Below are positions 9,379 to 19,407 of a stretch of 64,000 nt of DNA, in pieces. The DNA is from Escherichia phage vB_EcoM-ZQ3, in the sequence record MW630116.1, one strand, 5' to 3'. The first letter of the stretch is position 1; each line of letters opens with the position of its first letter. A program made the position numbers and the translations under genes. A model generated the notes under the pieces. It was given only the letters and a program-made list of their open reading frames with translations. It was not told where the DNA came from and searched no databases.

Positions 9379-9528
9379 ATGGTAGCATGGATTATTGCAT
9401 TGCTGTGTTGGTCGTTTTTATTCGTTAACACTTTAGTTACAGGCGAAACAACAGTATTTCAACAGGCTGTGTCACAAGGTACCTTAGCGGTCTTAGCTCT
9501 TCTTAACGTATTAAAAGGCGAGCAATGA
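9379..9528 (+). CDS. small hydrophobic membrane peptide (49 aa)
   Basis: ATG 9379, TGA 9526-9528; MVAWIIALLCWSFLFVNTLVTG...; not in ORF track (under 60 aa); position resembles T4 ac/ndd.x small ORFs. Confidence 0.35.
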   Translation: MVAWIIALLCWSFLFVNTLVTGETTVFQQAVSQGTLAVLALLNVLKGEQ

Positions 9529-9665
9529 TTAAGAAAATCTTAGCAGGAGCCTTCGGGCTCTTGTTTTTGCTTACGGTTCTGTACTACGGTGTGATGTTTG
9601 GGCTAATCCAAGTAGTGCTTTTCATTTCAGATGTTATAATGGTTATTCGTTCATTAATATGGTGA
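9525..9665 (+). CDS. small hydrophobic membrane peptide (46 aa)
   Basis: ATG 9525 overlapping previous stop (ATGA); MIKKILAGAFGLLFLLTVLYYGVMFGLIQVVLF...; ends 4 nt before gene 52. Confidence 0.35.
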   Translation: MIKKILAGAFGLLFLLTVLYYGVMFGLIQVVLFISDVIMVIRSLIW

Positions 9666-9669
9666 AAAT

Positions 9670-10995
9670 ATGCAATTGAATTCTCGTAATCTAAAAAGTA
9701 TTATTGATAACGAAGCCTTAGCATATGCGATGTACACCGTTGAAAACCGTGCAATCCCAAACATGATTGATGGATTTAAGCCGGTTCAACGTTTTGTGGT
9801 TCATCGTGCGTTAGATTTGGCTCGTGGTAATAAAGAAAAATTTCATAAACTTGCGTCAATTGCAGGAGGTGTTGCAGATTTAGGTTATCACCATGGTGAA
9901 TCTTCTGCACAAGATGCAGGTGCATTGATGGCTAACACATGGAACAACAACTATCCACTGTTAGATGGCCAAGGCAACTTTGGTTCTCGAACAGTCCAAA
10001 AAGCTGCAGCATCTCGTTATATTTTTGCTCGTGTAAGTAAAAATTTCTATAACGTATATAAAGATACTGAATATGCTCCAGCTCATGAAGATAAAGAACA
10101 CATTCCACCAAAATTCTATCTTCCTATTATTCCGACAGTTCTTTTGAATGGCGTCTCTGGTATTGCAACCGGTTACGCAACAAATATTCTGCCTCATAGT
10201 TTTAAATCAGTCAAAAAGGCTGTATTACAAGCTCTTCAAGGTAAAAATGTCACTAAGCCAAAAGTTGAATTCCCGGAATTCCGTGGTGAAGTACATGAAG
10301 TTGATGGGCGTTATGAGATTCACGGAACATATAAGTTCACATCTCGCACTCAAATGCAGATAACTGAAATCCCATATAAATTCGACCGTGAAACGTATGT
10401 GAGTAAGGTTCTTGACCCGTTGGAAGACAAAGGTCTAATCTCATGGGAAGATGATTGTGGTGAACACGGCTTTGGGTTTAAGGTGAAGTTCCGTAAAGAG
10501 TACTCGCTTCCTGATGATGAAGAGCTACGTCATGAAAAAATCATGAAAGATTTTAGTCTCATCGAACGTCGTTCACAAAACATCACAGTGATTAATGAAA
10601 AGGGTAAATTAGCAGTCTACGATAACGTAGTGGACTTAATCAAAGATTTTGTTGAAGTCCGTAAGACTTACGTTCAGAAACGTATTGACAACAAAATCCT
10701 TGAATCTGAAAAAGCATTTAAACTGGCTTTTGCTAAGGCACACTTCATCAAAAAAGTTATCAGTGGTGAAATTGTGATTCAGGGCAAGACTCGTAAAGCT
10801 TTGACTGAAGAGCTAGCACAAATCGAAATGTATAAAGAACATGTCGATAAACTGGTAGGTCTTAACATCTTCCATATCACTTCCGACGAAGCACGTAAAC
10901 TAGCAGAAGAAGCTAAAGCTAAGAAAGAAGAAAATGAGTATTGGAAGTCTACTGATGTTGTGACAGAGTACACTAAAGACTTGGAGGCACTTTGA
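9670..10995 (+). CDS. 52: DNA topoisomerase II medium subunit (GyrA-like)
   Basis: 441-aa ORF (T4 gp52 is about 442 aa); N-terminus ...AYAMYTVENRAIPNMIDGFKPVQRF is typical of the type II topoisomerase A subunit. Confidence 0.9.
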   Translation: MQLNSRNLKSIIDNEALAYAMYTVENRAIPNMIDGFKPVQRFVVHRALDLARGNKEKFHKLASIAGGVADLGYHHGESSAQDAGALMANTWNNNYPLLDGQGNFGSRTVQKAAASRYIFARVSKNFYNVYKDTEYAPAHEDKEHIPPKFYLPIIPTVLLNGVSGIATGYATNILPHSFKSVKKAVLQALQGKNVTKPKVEFPEFRGEVHEVDGRYEIHGTYKFTSRTQMQITEIPYKFDRETYVSKVLDPLEDKGLISWEDDCGEHGFGFKVKFRKEYSLPDDEELRHEKIMKDFSLIERRSQNITVINEKGKLAVYDNVVDLIKDFVEVRKTYVQKRIDNKILESEKAFKLAFAKAHFIKKVISGEIVIQGKTRKALTEELAQIEMYKEHVDKLVGLNIFHITSDEARKLAEEAKAKKEENEYWKSTDVVTEYTKDLEAL

Positions 10996-11071
10996 GTGCC
11001 ATAGCCTTAGGATTTCTCGGTGCAATAGCTGCACTAGTGATTTGGCTGTATTGGTTGGACAAACATGATTA

Positions 11072-11092
11072 GGGAGCTTCGGCTCCCTTTTG
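11072..11092 (+). terminator. rho-independent terminator (gggagcttcggctccc + T-run)
   Basis: 6-bp stem with UUCG loop followed by ttttgtgcattttt. Confidence 0.65.
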
Positions 11093-11112
11093 TGCATTTT
11101 TCTCACAAAACA

Positions 11113-11180
11113 GTTTACACGTGCTTCAAACATGATATTATAGACCTATCAAAACAAAACAACCAAATTGGAGAAATAAA
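11113..11180 (+). promoter_or_regulatory. early/middle promoter-leader cassette (GTTTAC, TGCTTCA MotA-box-like, -10, RBS), copy 1
   Basis: gtttacacgtgcttcaaacatgatattatagacctatcaaaacaaaacaaccaaattggagaaataaaATGtctaaa; near-identical to copy at 11435..11500. Confidence 0.55.
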
Positions 11181-11396
11181 ATGTCTAAAATGAAATTAAC
11201 CCAAAACACAACTACTCGTTTTGGTAAAGTTAAACCTGGTATGAATGCTCCCCGTAAAGCACTTGTTGAAGAATTAAATTTCTTAGAAGTTGAAATCAAT
11301 TCTTTAGTGGTTCGCGGTTCAAATGGACATCATTTAGAAAAGCTTCGTTCTAAAAAGGCAAAACTTATTGGCCTTATTAAAGAAATGAGTTTGTAA
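11181..11396 (+). CDS. hypothetical protein (71 aa)
   Basis: ORF track; begins MSK from the duplicated cassette; followed by hairpin gggcttttggaaaaagagccc. Confidence 0.5.
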   Translation: MSKMKLTQNTTTRFGKVKPGMNAPRKALVEELNFLEVEINSLVVRGSNGHHLEKLRSKKAKLIGLIKEMSL

Positions 11397-11434
11397 ATTT
11401 TACCAGGGCTTTTGGAAAAAGAGCCCAAAATAAA

Positions 11435-11500
11435 GTTTACTTTTGCTTCAAACATGATATTATAGACCTATCAAAACAAATACTAATTTGGAGAAATAAA
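11435..11500 (+). promoter_or_regulatory. early/middle promoter-leader cassette, copy 2 (upstream of motA)
   Basis: gtttacttttgcttcaaacatgatattatagacctatcaaaacaaatactaatttggagaaataaaATGtctaaa. Confidence 0.55.
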
Positions 11501-12133
11501 ATGTCTAAAGTTACTTACATCATCAAAGCTTCTGAAAACGTTCTGAATGAAAAAACTGCTGCAATAATGGTTTATATCATTAAGAACAACTTCACCACTG
11601 CTGCCAATGTCCGTGAAGCTCTGGAAGCTGAATACAATGCATCAGTTGTTAACTCTAACATTGGTGTATTGATTAAGAAAGGTTTAGTCGAAAAATCTGG
11701 TGATGGACTTATAGCAACAGGCGAAGCAATGGATATTATCCAAAAAGCTGCAGACCTCTTTGCCCAAGAAAATGCTCCAGAACTTCTTCAGAAACGTAAC
11801 ACTAGAAAAGCACGTGGAGTTACTCCCGAAATGCATGAATTAGCAAACTTTGTTTTTGAAAATATTAAAGATAAAGTTGAAGTTAAAGAAATTGGTGAAA
11901 ACCGTAGTAACTTGGAAGTTCGATTTGCAAAACGAGTTCTAGGTATTCGTCAGATCGAAATTCGTCGAGATGGTTGTCTTAGAATATTTGCATACAACAT
12001 GTCAGAAACTGAATCAAAGCTGTTTACTTCTCTTGAAAATGATGTTAAGATTAAGATCGGTGGTAAATATACTTACATTGACTTCCCTAATGTGTCCAAA
12101 GAAATCATTACCCTTGTAACTAACGTACTGTGA
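11501..12133 (+). CDS. motA: MotA middle-transcription activator
   Basis: 210-aa ORF starting MSKVTYIIKAS...VVNSNIGVLIKKGLVEKSGDGLI...QENAPELL, matching T4 MotA as I recall it (T4 MotA 211 aa). Confidence 0.9.
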   Translation: MSKVTYIIKASENVLNEKTAAIMVYIIKNNFTTAANVREALEAEYNASVVNSNIGVLIKKGLVEKSGDGLIATGEAMDIIQKAADLFAQENAPELLQKRNTRKARGVTPEMHELANFVFENIKDKVEVKEIGENRSNLEVRFAKRVLGIRQIEIRRDGCLRIFAYNMSETESKLFTSLENDVKIKIGGKYTYIDFPNVSKEIITLVTNVL

Positions 12134-12143
12134 GGAATACATA

Positions 12144-12488
12144 ATGAATAAGCTGAATATTATTAACGAACTTCGTAAATGTGCAGAACCTACTCAGGAA
12201 GGATGGGATATTTGGTACCACGGGGCTTATCTTGGAACTATAGTTAAAGTTAAAGCTGGGTTATATTTAATTATTCGCGAAAATTCTGAATTCCCTAATG
12301 GAGTAGCTCCTGGCGGTATACGTAAAAACTTTATGGCAGCTATCAGTTCATTTGTTGATGCAGCTTACGAAATCTATAAAGAAGATTATAAAGAATATCA
12401 GCAGTCACAACCGGTTATTCGTTCGATTGGTGTAAATAAACAAGCACAAAAATCTATTTGGCAACGTATTAAGGAATGGTTTAAATGA
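12144..12488 (+). CDS. hypothetical protein (114 aa)
   Basis: ORF track; tight spacing after motA. Confidence 0.5.
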   Translation: MNKLNIINELRKCAEPTQEGWDIWYHGAYLGTIVKVKAGLYLIIRENSEFPNGVAPGGIRKNFMAAISSFVDAAYEIYKEDYKEYQQSQPVIRSIGVNKQAQKSIWQRIKEWFK

Positions 12489-12946
12489 AATCATTTAAAG
12501 AACGTTTAGAGCTATTAGATTTGGCCTTGTCTCGTGAGACCCCTGAAAGTCTAGCAGAAAAATTCCAGTCCTACGGTTATAATTATTCTGCTGATGATAT
12601 AATGAATGAAGTTCCTGAAATCTGTTGGCAAACGTGCTATTGGAATAATGACCAAAAAGTTCAACGTGTTATAGTATGTGCAGCTAATAGGTTTAAATTG
12701 AAGAGTGGTGGAACTCTGGTTATTCCTGGAGTTCGTCATTACTCTAAAGATATGGCTGAAGTACTTGATATAGTTGGTCCTCAATTAGTCTCGCAACAAG
12801 TTTGTGGTGACGACCAAGGCTTTATCGACCAATACTCTAATTACTGGACTCGTGAAGAAGCAATGATTATTGCAACGTATGCTGGACAGGTACGTATTGA
12901 ACGTGGCGGAAGTGAGAAAGAACTTTATTCAGAGGACCTTTATTAA
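12485..12946 (+). CDS. hypothetical protein (153 aa)
   Basis: ORF track; start overlaps previous stop (ATGA). Confidence 0.5.
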   Translation: MKSFKERLELLDLALSRETPESLAEKFQSYGYNYSADDIMNEVPEICWQTCYWNNDQKVQRVIVCAANRFKLKSGGTLVIPGVRHYSKDMAEVLDIVGPQLVSQQVCGDDQGFIDQYSNYWTREEAMIIATYAGQVRIERGGSEKELYSEDLY

Positions 12947-13227
12947 TGAATATTAAACAACTCCAGAAAGATGCTATTGAATCACGCATCCAAGATATCA
13001 AACGTCTTAATCATATGATGGAAGAAAACTATGGTATGTATGCTAATCAGCCTGGTTGGGACGCTTTAGACCATCCTTATTTGGTTAATTTATGTAAAGG
13101 TGATACGTTAGCAATTATTCGTGATGGGTTAAAACCTTTCTTACGCGACATGTATATTAAAATGAACGAAGAAATTATTAGCTCGTTGCAATATCAATTA
13201 AGGAAATTAGATGATGAGAATAATTGA
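12946..13227 (+). CDS. hypothetical protein (93 aa)
   Basis: ORF track; overlapping start/stop coupling. Confidence 0.5.
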   Translation: MNIKQLQKDAIESRIQDIKRLNHMMEENYGMYANQPGWDALDHPYLVNLCKGDTLAIIRDGLKPFLRDMYIKMNEEIISSLQYQLRKLDDENN

Positions 13228-13429
13228 TTCTAAAGCAGATTATTTTAATTCTGTTAATGATAAGAATAAAGCTTTAATTCGCCACTTTATTACTGAGATG
13301 GGATACACTGACTCTAAAGATTTGAAAGAGCACATTATCGAATGTTCTGTGGCTAAAAAGTTTTCTTTTACCGATAAATGTTTAAACGAGGTTATAAAGC
13401 ATTATGAACAATCTTGTAGCAAAACATAA
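13211..13429 (+). CDS. hypothetical protein (72 aa)
   Basis: ORF track. Confidence 0.45.
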   Translation: MMRIIDSKADYFNSVNDKNKALIRHFITEMGYTDSKDLKEHIIECSVAKKFSFTDKCLNEVIKHYEQSCSKT

Positions 13430-13512
13430 TTTCAATAAGGCTTCTGTTCATAAGGACAAGAAGAAATCAGAACTTCAATCTAAACGTAAACAAAAACATA
13501 AGGGTAAAGACT

Positions 13513-13812
13513 ATGCTTATTAAAATCAAAGAAAATCCTGCAACTGAACTTGTTATTCGATGCGAAGAACTTGCAGAGCTTTATCAGGTTAACCGAGAAG
13601 TATATCGTAGTGTTGTTGCAGATATGGCAGACGAAGTATGTTCTCGTATTCCTTTTAGTGTTGATTTCAATCACATGAAGCCTGGTGAAATCACTATCGT
13701 CTTTGGTTCTGACTATACTGAAGAACGGGCTCTTAATGCCCTAGAATATGAAATGTCGTTCTTCGACATACAGGACTATATTGATAGTTATAAGGAACGT
13801 TATGAGTCATAA
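13513..13812 (+). CDS. hypothetical acidic protein (99 aa); candidate Arn-like DNA mimic by position and charge only
   Basis: ORF track; acidic composition; lies in the motA-asiA interval where T4 carries arn. Confidence 0.45.
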   Translation: MLIKIKENPATELVIRCEELAELYQVNREVYRSVVADMADEVCSRIPFSVDFNHMKPGEITIVFGSDYTEERALNALEYEMSFFDIQDYIDSYKERYES

Positions 13813-13963
13813 TCTTCAGAACGTAGTAGAGGCCGAACGTGAGCGTGAGGCTTTAGTCTATAATGAACTATTAGTTCCGTTCTTGGCCTTACACTCGTAC
13901 GAACAGGAAGACTACACCAATTACGTTAAAAGCGTAGAAAAAGCCATTTACAATCAACACTGA
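13802..13963 (+). CDS. hypothetical protein (53 aa)
   Basis: ATG 13802 with aggaa RBS inside ORF-track entry 13748..13963; overlaps previous gene by 11 nt. Confidence 0.4.
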   Translation: MSHNLQNVVEAEREREALVYNELLVPFLALHSYEQEDYTNYVKSVEKAIYNQH

Positions 13964-14009
13964 TAATGGTACTATATCCATATCAACTAAGTGGAATGAA
14001 TAAAACGTT

Positions 14010-14282
14010 ATGAATAAAGACATTGAAATCGTACGTGAAATTATTACTATTGCTTCTATTTTGATTAAATTCTCTAGGGAAGATATTGTTGAAGACCGAG
14101 CAAGTTTCATCGGATTCTTGAATGAGATTGGAATTAAAAAAGATGGTCGGCAGCTAAATCAGAATTCGTTCAGAAAACTAATTACAAATTTAACTGCCGA
14201 AGAAAAGAAAACACTGATTAGTGAATTCAATGAAGGTTTTGAAAATATTTATCGTCATTTAGCGATGTATTCTAACAACTAA
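14010..14282 (+). CDS. asiA: AsiA anti-sigma-70 factor
   Basis: 90-aa ORF MNKDIEIVREIITIASILIKFSREDIVEDRASF...EFNEGFENIYRHLAMYSNN, matching T4 AsiA (90 aa) as I recall it. Confidence 0.9.
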   Translation: MNKDIEIVREIITIASILIKFSREDIVEDRASFIGFLNEIGIKKDGRQLNQNSFRKLITNLTAEEKKTLISEFNEGFENIYRHLAMYSNN

Positions 14283-14942
14283 TTATTTGGCCCTTCCTAG
14301 TATTCGGATTGCTTGGTTGCATATAGCCGCTAAGCGATCTTCCTCAAGTATATTACTCCCCTTATACCAATACATCGTCACAGTTCCAGCATAGATGTTA
14401 TCCAAATTAAAGTATGGGCAACTATACATATAAGAAAGTTCGGCGGTCTTAGATTTTGTAGGCAAAAATGCAAATTCTGATTTAGATGAGAAATGACGGC
14501 CACTTAAATGAATTATATATTCATTGGCCGTTTTATCCACAGGGAATCCGCCAAGGGACTTTTCAGAAATTGTGCTAGGTAGTTTGCCTTCGTAAGCTAT
14601 AAGGTCGACGAAATAATTTAAGTTTTTAGGTCTGAAAGAATACACAGCACTAAAATCTGCACCAGATGAGATATGAACTATTTGCAGTTGTTCTAGAGCC
14701 GCAGATTCAAAACGTAAAGCTCGTTCTTTTTGGATTATTTCAGTATAAGTATCATACTTAGCTCTTACATAATAATCCAGCAAAATACTTCCTTTGTACC
14801 ATATTAGTGCCATTAGGAACAAAAGAATAATTACCGCTACTCGAGACATTAAAACCTTTCCAGTAGCGTTATCTTTGAAAATACGATCTAGCAACCCAAA
14901 TAGAATATCACTAGGCGAAGATGATACTTTTGGTGTTGCCAT
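14283..14942 (-). CDS. t: holin T
   Basis: 219-aa ORF MATPKVSSSPSDILFGLLDRIFKDNATGKVL...AICNQAIRILGRAK, matching T4 holin T (218 aa) as I recall it; convergent with asiA with no gap. Confidence 0.9.
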   Translation of the reverse strand: MATPKVSSSPSDILFGLLDRIFKDNATGKVLMSRVAVIILLFLMALIWYKGSILLDYYVRAKYDTYTEIIQKERALRFESAALEQLQIVHISSGADFSAVYSFRPKNLNYFVDLIAYEGKLPSTISEKSLGGFPVDKTANEYIIHLSGRHFSSKSEFAFLPTKSKTAELSYMYSCPYFNLDNIYAGTVTMYWYKGSNILEEDRLAAICNQAIRILGRAK

Positions 14943-14951
14943 AATACCTCC

Positions 14952-15503
14952 TTACTTAAAGATATTTATAATCGCTTTGACAATAGATTTGTTTTCAAGG
15001 TCAGGGAATTTAGGGAATTCACCGCCGAGATGTTCATGTTTTTCTAAAAGGGCAAAGAATTTTTTGAGCTCTTTAAATTTTCGTTTTTCTTCTCTATTAG
15101 CAACCTCTGCGTCAATAAGAGAACTTAAAACACTGAATAATTTATAGAGTTCATGAATTTTCTTATCACGTTGAACTACGCATTTATACGCTTCATCTTC
15201 CTTCCACCCGGCGTCGGTCCAAATGTCAAATTCACCAGGTTCTTCTGTAGTAACATTTTGAAGAGCGCCCGGAGTGTCAATAACAATTTTTTGCTTATCA
15301 TAAGTCCATACTGTTTTTCCACGATGGTCTTCAACATATACCCATTCTTGTTCGCGTTCATCAAATACAACAGCATAGCCTTCTTTAGGGTCTAAAGGTT
15401 TTTTAACTGTTGAATGAGCAGGAAGACCAAGACCTTTAATCAGTTTGTAATTTTCTTCTTTGTAAAATTCTTTTGTGTCAAAATAATAATGATAGATTTT
15501 CAT
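14952..15503 (-). CDS. 38: gp38 tail fibre assembly chaperone (T4 type)
   Basis: 183-aa ORF MKIYHYYFDTKEFYKEENYKLIKGLGLPAHS...FFALLEKHEHLGGEFP; length equals T4 gp38; adjacent to gene 37. Confidence 0.88.
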   Translation of the reverse strand: MKIYHYYFDTKEFYKEENYKLIKGLGLPAHSTVKKPLDPKEGYAVVFDEREQEWVYVEDHRGKTVWTYDKQKIVIDTPGALQNVTTEEPGEFDIWTDAGWKEDEAYKCVVQRDKKIHELYKLFSVLSSLIDAEVANREEKRKFKELKKFFALLEKHEHLGGEFPKFPDLENKSIVKAIINIFK

Positions 15504-15510
15504 ATTTAGA

Positions 15511-15526
15511 AGGGGCCGAAGCCCCT
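15511..15526 (-). other. CUUCGG hairpin between genes 37 and 38 (no T-run)
   Basis: aggggccgaagcccct on the plus strand, i.e. a GGGGC-UUCG-GCCCC hairpin on the mRNA strand immediately upstream of the gene 38 start. Confidence 0.5.
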
Positions 15527-15530
15527 CTCC

Positions 15531-18500
15531 TTATGCTAAACGAACGATATAGTTAAAAGCAATGTTTTTAACCGTGTTTTCTGTATTACCTGTACTATTT
15601 ACAGTGATAGTATGACCATGCGAACCAATAGCTACCGTGTGAGTATGAGCACCTATACCAACCGAATGGCTATGAGCACCAATACCAACGGTGTGGGCAT
15701 GGTTACCGGTCGTGTTGGTTACACCAGACCAGTTTCTTGAAGCGTTGAAGTTGACAGGGATACCATTAACAAAGTTATTACCAGTATACCCTCTAGAGCC
15801 TGCCTGACCACCGAGGTAGAATGCACCACTTGCTGTGTAGAAGCTACTGTTGTCACTTCTAAAGTAACCAAATGAACCAGAGATTTCCATATTACCTCTG
15901 TTGTGGTTATGGTTGCCAGTAGTGTTGGTTGTCTTAGTACCATAGTCGAAGCTACTTGTTGTCTTAGTACCATAATCAAAACTTGACGTGGTTTTAGTAC
16001 CCAAGTCAGTACTCGAAGCAGATGCGCTATGGTTATGAGCCTTAACACCGTCTGCTTCTGTACTTAATACAGCACGCCCGGATGGTTTACCTTTAATAGT
16101 TTGACCACGCATATCCGGAATAGTACCGGTAGGATATGCTATAGCGAGCTTAGGATAAGCTGAAGTATCAAAAGTCTGACCTTCCATTATGGCATAACCT
16201 TCAGGAGGTGTATCAGTAGGCCAAGGAATCGGAGCTCCAATAGGATAACTTGAAACAATATCAGTTTTAAGTGATTCAATCGTACTGTTTAAGTTAGCAA
16301 AATTACCAGAACCACCCGTAATATTGCCGTCAGTTCCTAAAGTTGTGTTGCCTACAATAATTTTACCAGGTAAGCGGAAGTCACCGGTGCGACGGAATTC
16401 CCAACTTATATCGGTGCCACCCGTACTAGTGCCTTGGTGGTAATGAACACGGAAATCTCCTTGATTAATTAATGTCCCAATAGAATAAGTGCTATCACCT
16501 TGCACATAACGCTGTTTAACAATAGGAATATATTCAGAAGTAGCAGTACGCTCTATATTCATATAAATCGGAGCTCTGACGTTTACGTCGTTCTGAGATG
16601 CAAATGAACCGCACCCTGCTGGACGAACGCCGTCAGAAGCCTGAATATCTATATAAGCGTTTTGCCCTAATTGCATATTATAATTAGGACTTATGCGAGA
16701 ATTAGAAGTCAAAACAACAAGTTTACTATCATTATCAACAGTAACCATATTGCCGCCTAACCCATCATCACCTAATGTAACAGAATGACGCATTTGCACC
16801 ATACCATTATGAAGAGCAATACTTAACGGGCGAAGATTACCTATTTCGCCATTTTCTCCTTGGTCTTTAAGAGTAGGAATAATGTGCAATGCTGTTTCTG
16901 AACGACGGAAAATAGCACCATATTCAGCGTTCCAAATTCTTAGTGCGTTTGCTGTTCCGCCAAATTTAGCTTGTCCATTTACAGTCAATCCATTATTTGC
17001 AACTAAGCTTGATTCGGTTGTAATAGAACCAGAAGCAACAATACTACCTGAAGTTAATAAACCGCCATTAACTCGAAATTGAATAGGTCCGACAGTAGAA
17101 CCCGATCCAGGAGCAACTCGCTGAGAATAAAAATGGTAACCTTGCCCATCTGATACTTCAAAAACTGTTTCACGACTACGATCACCAGATGCGTTAAATG
17201 AATTACCCCACGCTTTAACAGTTACATAGCTTTTATTCTGCCCAGCACGAGTACCGCCTTCCCACAAAATTTGCTTAGTGCCATCAACTGTAGTAGTTGG
17301 AGCGAATGTTAGCCCAGCAGTAGAATTATTAGCTGCTAAATATACACCATTATATATTGAAAGCTGCTTAACAGATGTAATACCGCCATCAGCATAAAAC
17401 ATCACATTATTTGCACCGGTTACCAATTTCAAAATACCCGGGTTAATTTCCATACCTTGTTGGGTATTGATATTCATCTGACCTGTACCGCGGAAATAGT
17501 GGTTCATTTTACCGCCAGCATTGTACCCGATATGGGTTTGACCGTCTCCAGCATTGTTATTATCAGCTTGTGTTTGAACTGATAAAAGAGCGGCGTTGGT
17601 TCCAGGCATAATCCAAGTTGTGCCTTGGTCCTCGGAACGACCAAATATACCTTTACGAGTACTACGGAAACTGTCAGGAGTAATAGAAGCGACAGATTTA
17701 CCTGAACCAACTAAATCATAAACACCGGTTTTTTTGTATGATAAACCCGTCCCGTTATCGCCTAGAGCTAAATAAGCACCGAATCCTAAAGCGCCACCGT
17801 TACCGTAATCGCTTGACGGATATCCTTCAGTCACGGTCCCAATGGCTACACTATTGCGGACGATCATTCGGCCGTCATTACGAATACCATATAGTTTAAA
17901 TAATGGTGTATTACCAGTCCACCAAGAAACTTCATCAGCCAGGCCAGTTTGAGCTGTACAAATTTCATGGTAAATAGTTCCGCCCGATTTAGCACGAACT
18001 TTACGAAGATAGTTTACACCATTTGTTTCTCCGGTTCCAGGATAAACATAGTTAACCAAAGATTGAGAATCATATTGCCCAAAGGCTTTAGAATCATGAT
18101 TAATTAAATTAACACTAATAGATGGTGTACTAATAGAAGTTAAAGCAGTTAATTTGCGTGCCTGGAAAATACCGCCATCAGTAGAAATGAAATGAAATTC
18201 TGAATTTTGAGCCCCTGCTGCGGTTCCTTGGCGAACACGCATTGTAATTACGCCTTCATTTTCAGACTGCGGTTTTGAATATAAAACACCTCTCTCTGAT
18301 CCATCTGTATTTTCAAACCAAAGATGGGCATTGGAAGTATCATTTGTTGCTCTTGTGTAAAATGACCCTCGCATAGATCTAAAAACTAAGGCGGATACGC
18401 CTTCAGTAGAACCAATAGGTCCATTTACGGTCATTCCGCCGGTTTGTACATAATCGCCGTTTAATTTCAAAAGACCATTGATAGTTACATTTCCATCAAC

Positions 18501-18671
18501 TTGGCCGCCTTTAGCAAAACCCAGATCAATGATATTTCCTGAATCGTCTTTAGTAAAAATTGTTCTATCTTTTAAGTTTATAGCCAATTCACCTTCGGCT
18601 AATACTGAAGCAGCAGGACGTGCACCTGCAGTTTTGCTTCTTTTAAATTGTATTTGTTTTAAAGTAGCCAT
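15531..18671 (-). CDS. 37: gp37 long tail fibre distal subunit (receptor-binding, His-box tip)
   Basis: 1046-aa ORF; C-terminal His-box repeats GNHNHN / [33 protein letters not shown] typical of T4-type gp37. Confidence 0.9.
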   Translation of the reverse strand: MATLKQIQFKRSKTAGARPAASVLAEGELAINLKDRTIFTKDDSGNIIDLGFAKGGQVDGNVTINGLLKLNGDYVQTGGMTVNGPIGSTEGVSALVFRSMRGSFYTRATNDTSNAHLWFENTDGSERGVLYSKPQSENEGVITMRVRQGTAAGAQNSEFHFISTDGGIFQARKLTALTSISTPSISVNLINHDSKAFGQYDSQSLVNYVYPGTGETNGVNYLRKVRAKSGGTIYHEICTAQTGLADEVSWWTGNTPLFKLYGIRNDGRMIVRNSVAIGTVTEGYPSSDYGNGGALGFGAYLALGDNGTGLSYKKTGVYDLVGSGKSVASITPDSFRSTRKGIFGRSEDQGTTWIMPGTNAALLSVQTQADNNNAGDGQTHIGYNAGGKMNHYFRGTGQMNINTQQGMEINPGILKLVTGANNVMFYADGGITSVKQLSIYNGVYLAANNSTAGLTFAPTTTVDGTKQILWEGGTRAGQNKSYVTVKAWGNSFNASGDRSRETVFEVSDGQGYHFYSQRVAPGSGSTVGPIQFRVNGGLLTSGSIVASGSITTESSLVANNGLTVNGQAKFGGTANALRIWNAEYGAIFRRSETALHIIPTLKDQGENGEIGNLRPLSIALHNGMVQMRHSVTLGDDGLGGNMVTVDNDSKLVVLTSNSRISPNYNMQLGQNAYIDIQASDGVRPAGCGSFASQNDVNVRAPIYMNIERTATSEYIPIVKQRYVQGDSTYSIGTLINQGDFRVHYHQGTSTGGTDISWEFRRTGDFRLPGKIIVGNTTLGTDGNITGGSGNFANLNSTIESLKTDIVSSYPIGAPIPWPTDTPPEGYAIMEGQTFDTSAYPKLAIAYPTGTIPDMRGQTIKGKPSGRAVLSTEADGVKAHNHSASASSTDLGTKTTSSFDYGTKTTSSFDYGTKTTNTTGNHNHNRGNMEISGSFGYFRSDNSSFYTASGAFYLGGQAGSRGYTGNNFVNGIPVNFNASRNWSGVTNTTGNHAHTVGIGAHSHSVGIGAHTHTVAIGSHGHTITVNSTGNTENTVKNIAFNYIVRLA
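15931..16020 (-). repeat. three tandem copies of a roughly 30-bp in-frame repeat inside gene 37 (encodes [10 protein letters not shown] repeats)
   Basis: gtcttagtaccatagtcgaagctacttgtt / gtcttagtaccataatcaaaacttgacgtg / gttttagtacccaagtcagtactcgaagca (plus strand); protein shows ...[25 protein letters not shown]... Confidence 0.8.
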
Positions 18672-18679
18672 AAGTCCTC

Positions 18680-19345
18680 TTAATAATAGCCGAAATCTTG
18701 AACAGAATCTTTAATTACAATCTGGTCGAAACGAGGAACATGATTAGCCTCAGACGCCGGATTCTGTGAGAAAAAGTTTGGTGCTGTTAAAGTACCAGCC
18801 ATGGTATCGCCAGAACGCAATACACGGGAATTTGCGTTATCTGTAACAATATTTATTCGTCCATCAACGTAATCTTTTCTTGTGAGATCATTCGCTGCTA
18901 TAGGAGCAGTAGCGTTAGAACGGACAGGTCCAGTTGCATAAACCCCGCCCTTAGTGCTGATATCACCGGTACGAGTGTTAATAACCACAGTACGTAATGC
19001 AGAACCTTGAGAAGATTTAAATCCAATGCCATACCATGAAACAATATCAATGTTTGTCATATCATATGTTGCAGCATCACCGTTGCCCGGGAAAATACCA
19101 CTTTGATTTGTGTTATTTACGGCATAAGGTATTTGCACACCATTATTAAATGTTACTCGAGAGGCATACGTACCACCATTAGCTTTAGAAACGAAATCGT
19201 TATCAGCAGCTTGTGGTTTATTATATTCTGAATAGAGTTTAAACGTTTTATACAGGACGTCATCACCTGCTGGCATTAAAGGGAAATTACCTTGATGCCA
19301 TATAACGGCACCACCAGTTGTACTACCAGCTTTTAAATCGGCCAT
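18680..19345 (-). CDS. 36: gp36 long tail fibre hinge connector subunit
   Basis: 221-aa ORF (T4 gp36 221 aa), between genes 35 and 37; late promoter upstream. Confidence 0.8.
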   Translation of the reverse strand: MADLKAGSTTGGAVIWHQGNFPLMPAGDDVLYKTFKLYSEYNKPQAADNDFVSKANGGTYASRVTFNNGVQIPYAVNNTNQSGIFPGNGDAATYDMTNIDIVSWYGIGFKSSQGSALRTVVINTRTGDISTKGGVYATGPVRSNATAPIAANDLTRKDYVDGRINIVTDNANSRVLRSGDTMAGTLTAPNFFSQNPASEANHVPRFDQIVIKDSVQDFGYY

Positions 19346-19369
19346 AGTTGTCTCCTTATATGTATACCA

Positions 19370-19377
19370 TATTTATA
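19370..19377 (-). promoter_or_regulatory. late promoter TATAAATA for gene 36
   Basis: Plus strand tatttata at 19370-19377 is TATAAATA on the minus strand, about 25 nt upstream of the gene 36 start. Confidence 0.6.
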
Positions 19378-19384
19378 CAAAAAT

Positions 19385-19402
19385 GGGAGACCGAAGTCTC
19401 CC
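19385..19402 (-). terminator. terminator after gene 35 (gggagacttcggtctccc + U-run on minus strand)
   Basis: Plus strand gggagaccgaagtctccc; on the minus strand the hairpin is followed by atttttg. Confidence 0.6.
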
Positions 19403-19407
19403 TAAAT

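Noticed and set aside
14270-14295. Missing terminator between convergent asiA and t
   Set aside because: The two stop codons abut (14282/14283) with no hairpin. Noted but not interpreted, since late and early transcripts are temporally separated and read-through may be tolerated.
15719-16048. 109-aa minus-strand ORF and 66-aa plus-strand ORF (16882..17082) inside gene 37
   Set aside because: Alternative-frame or opposite-strand shadows within a strongly supported long gene; no RBS or independent support.
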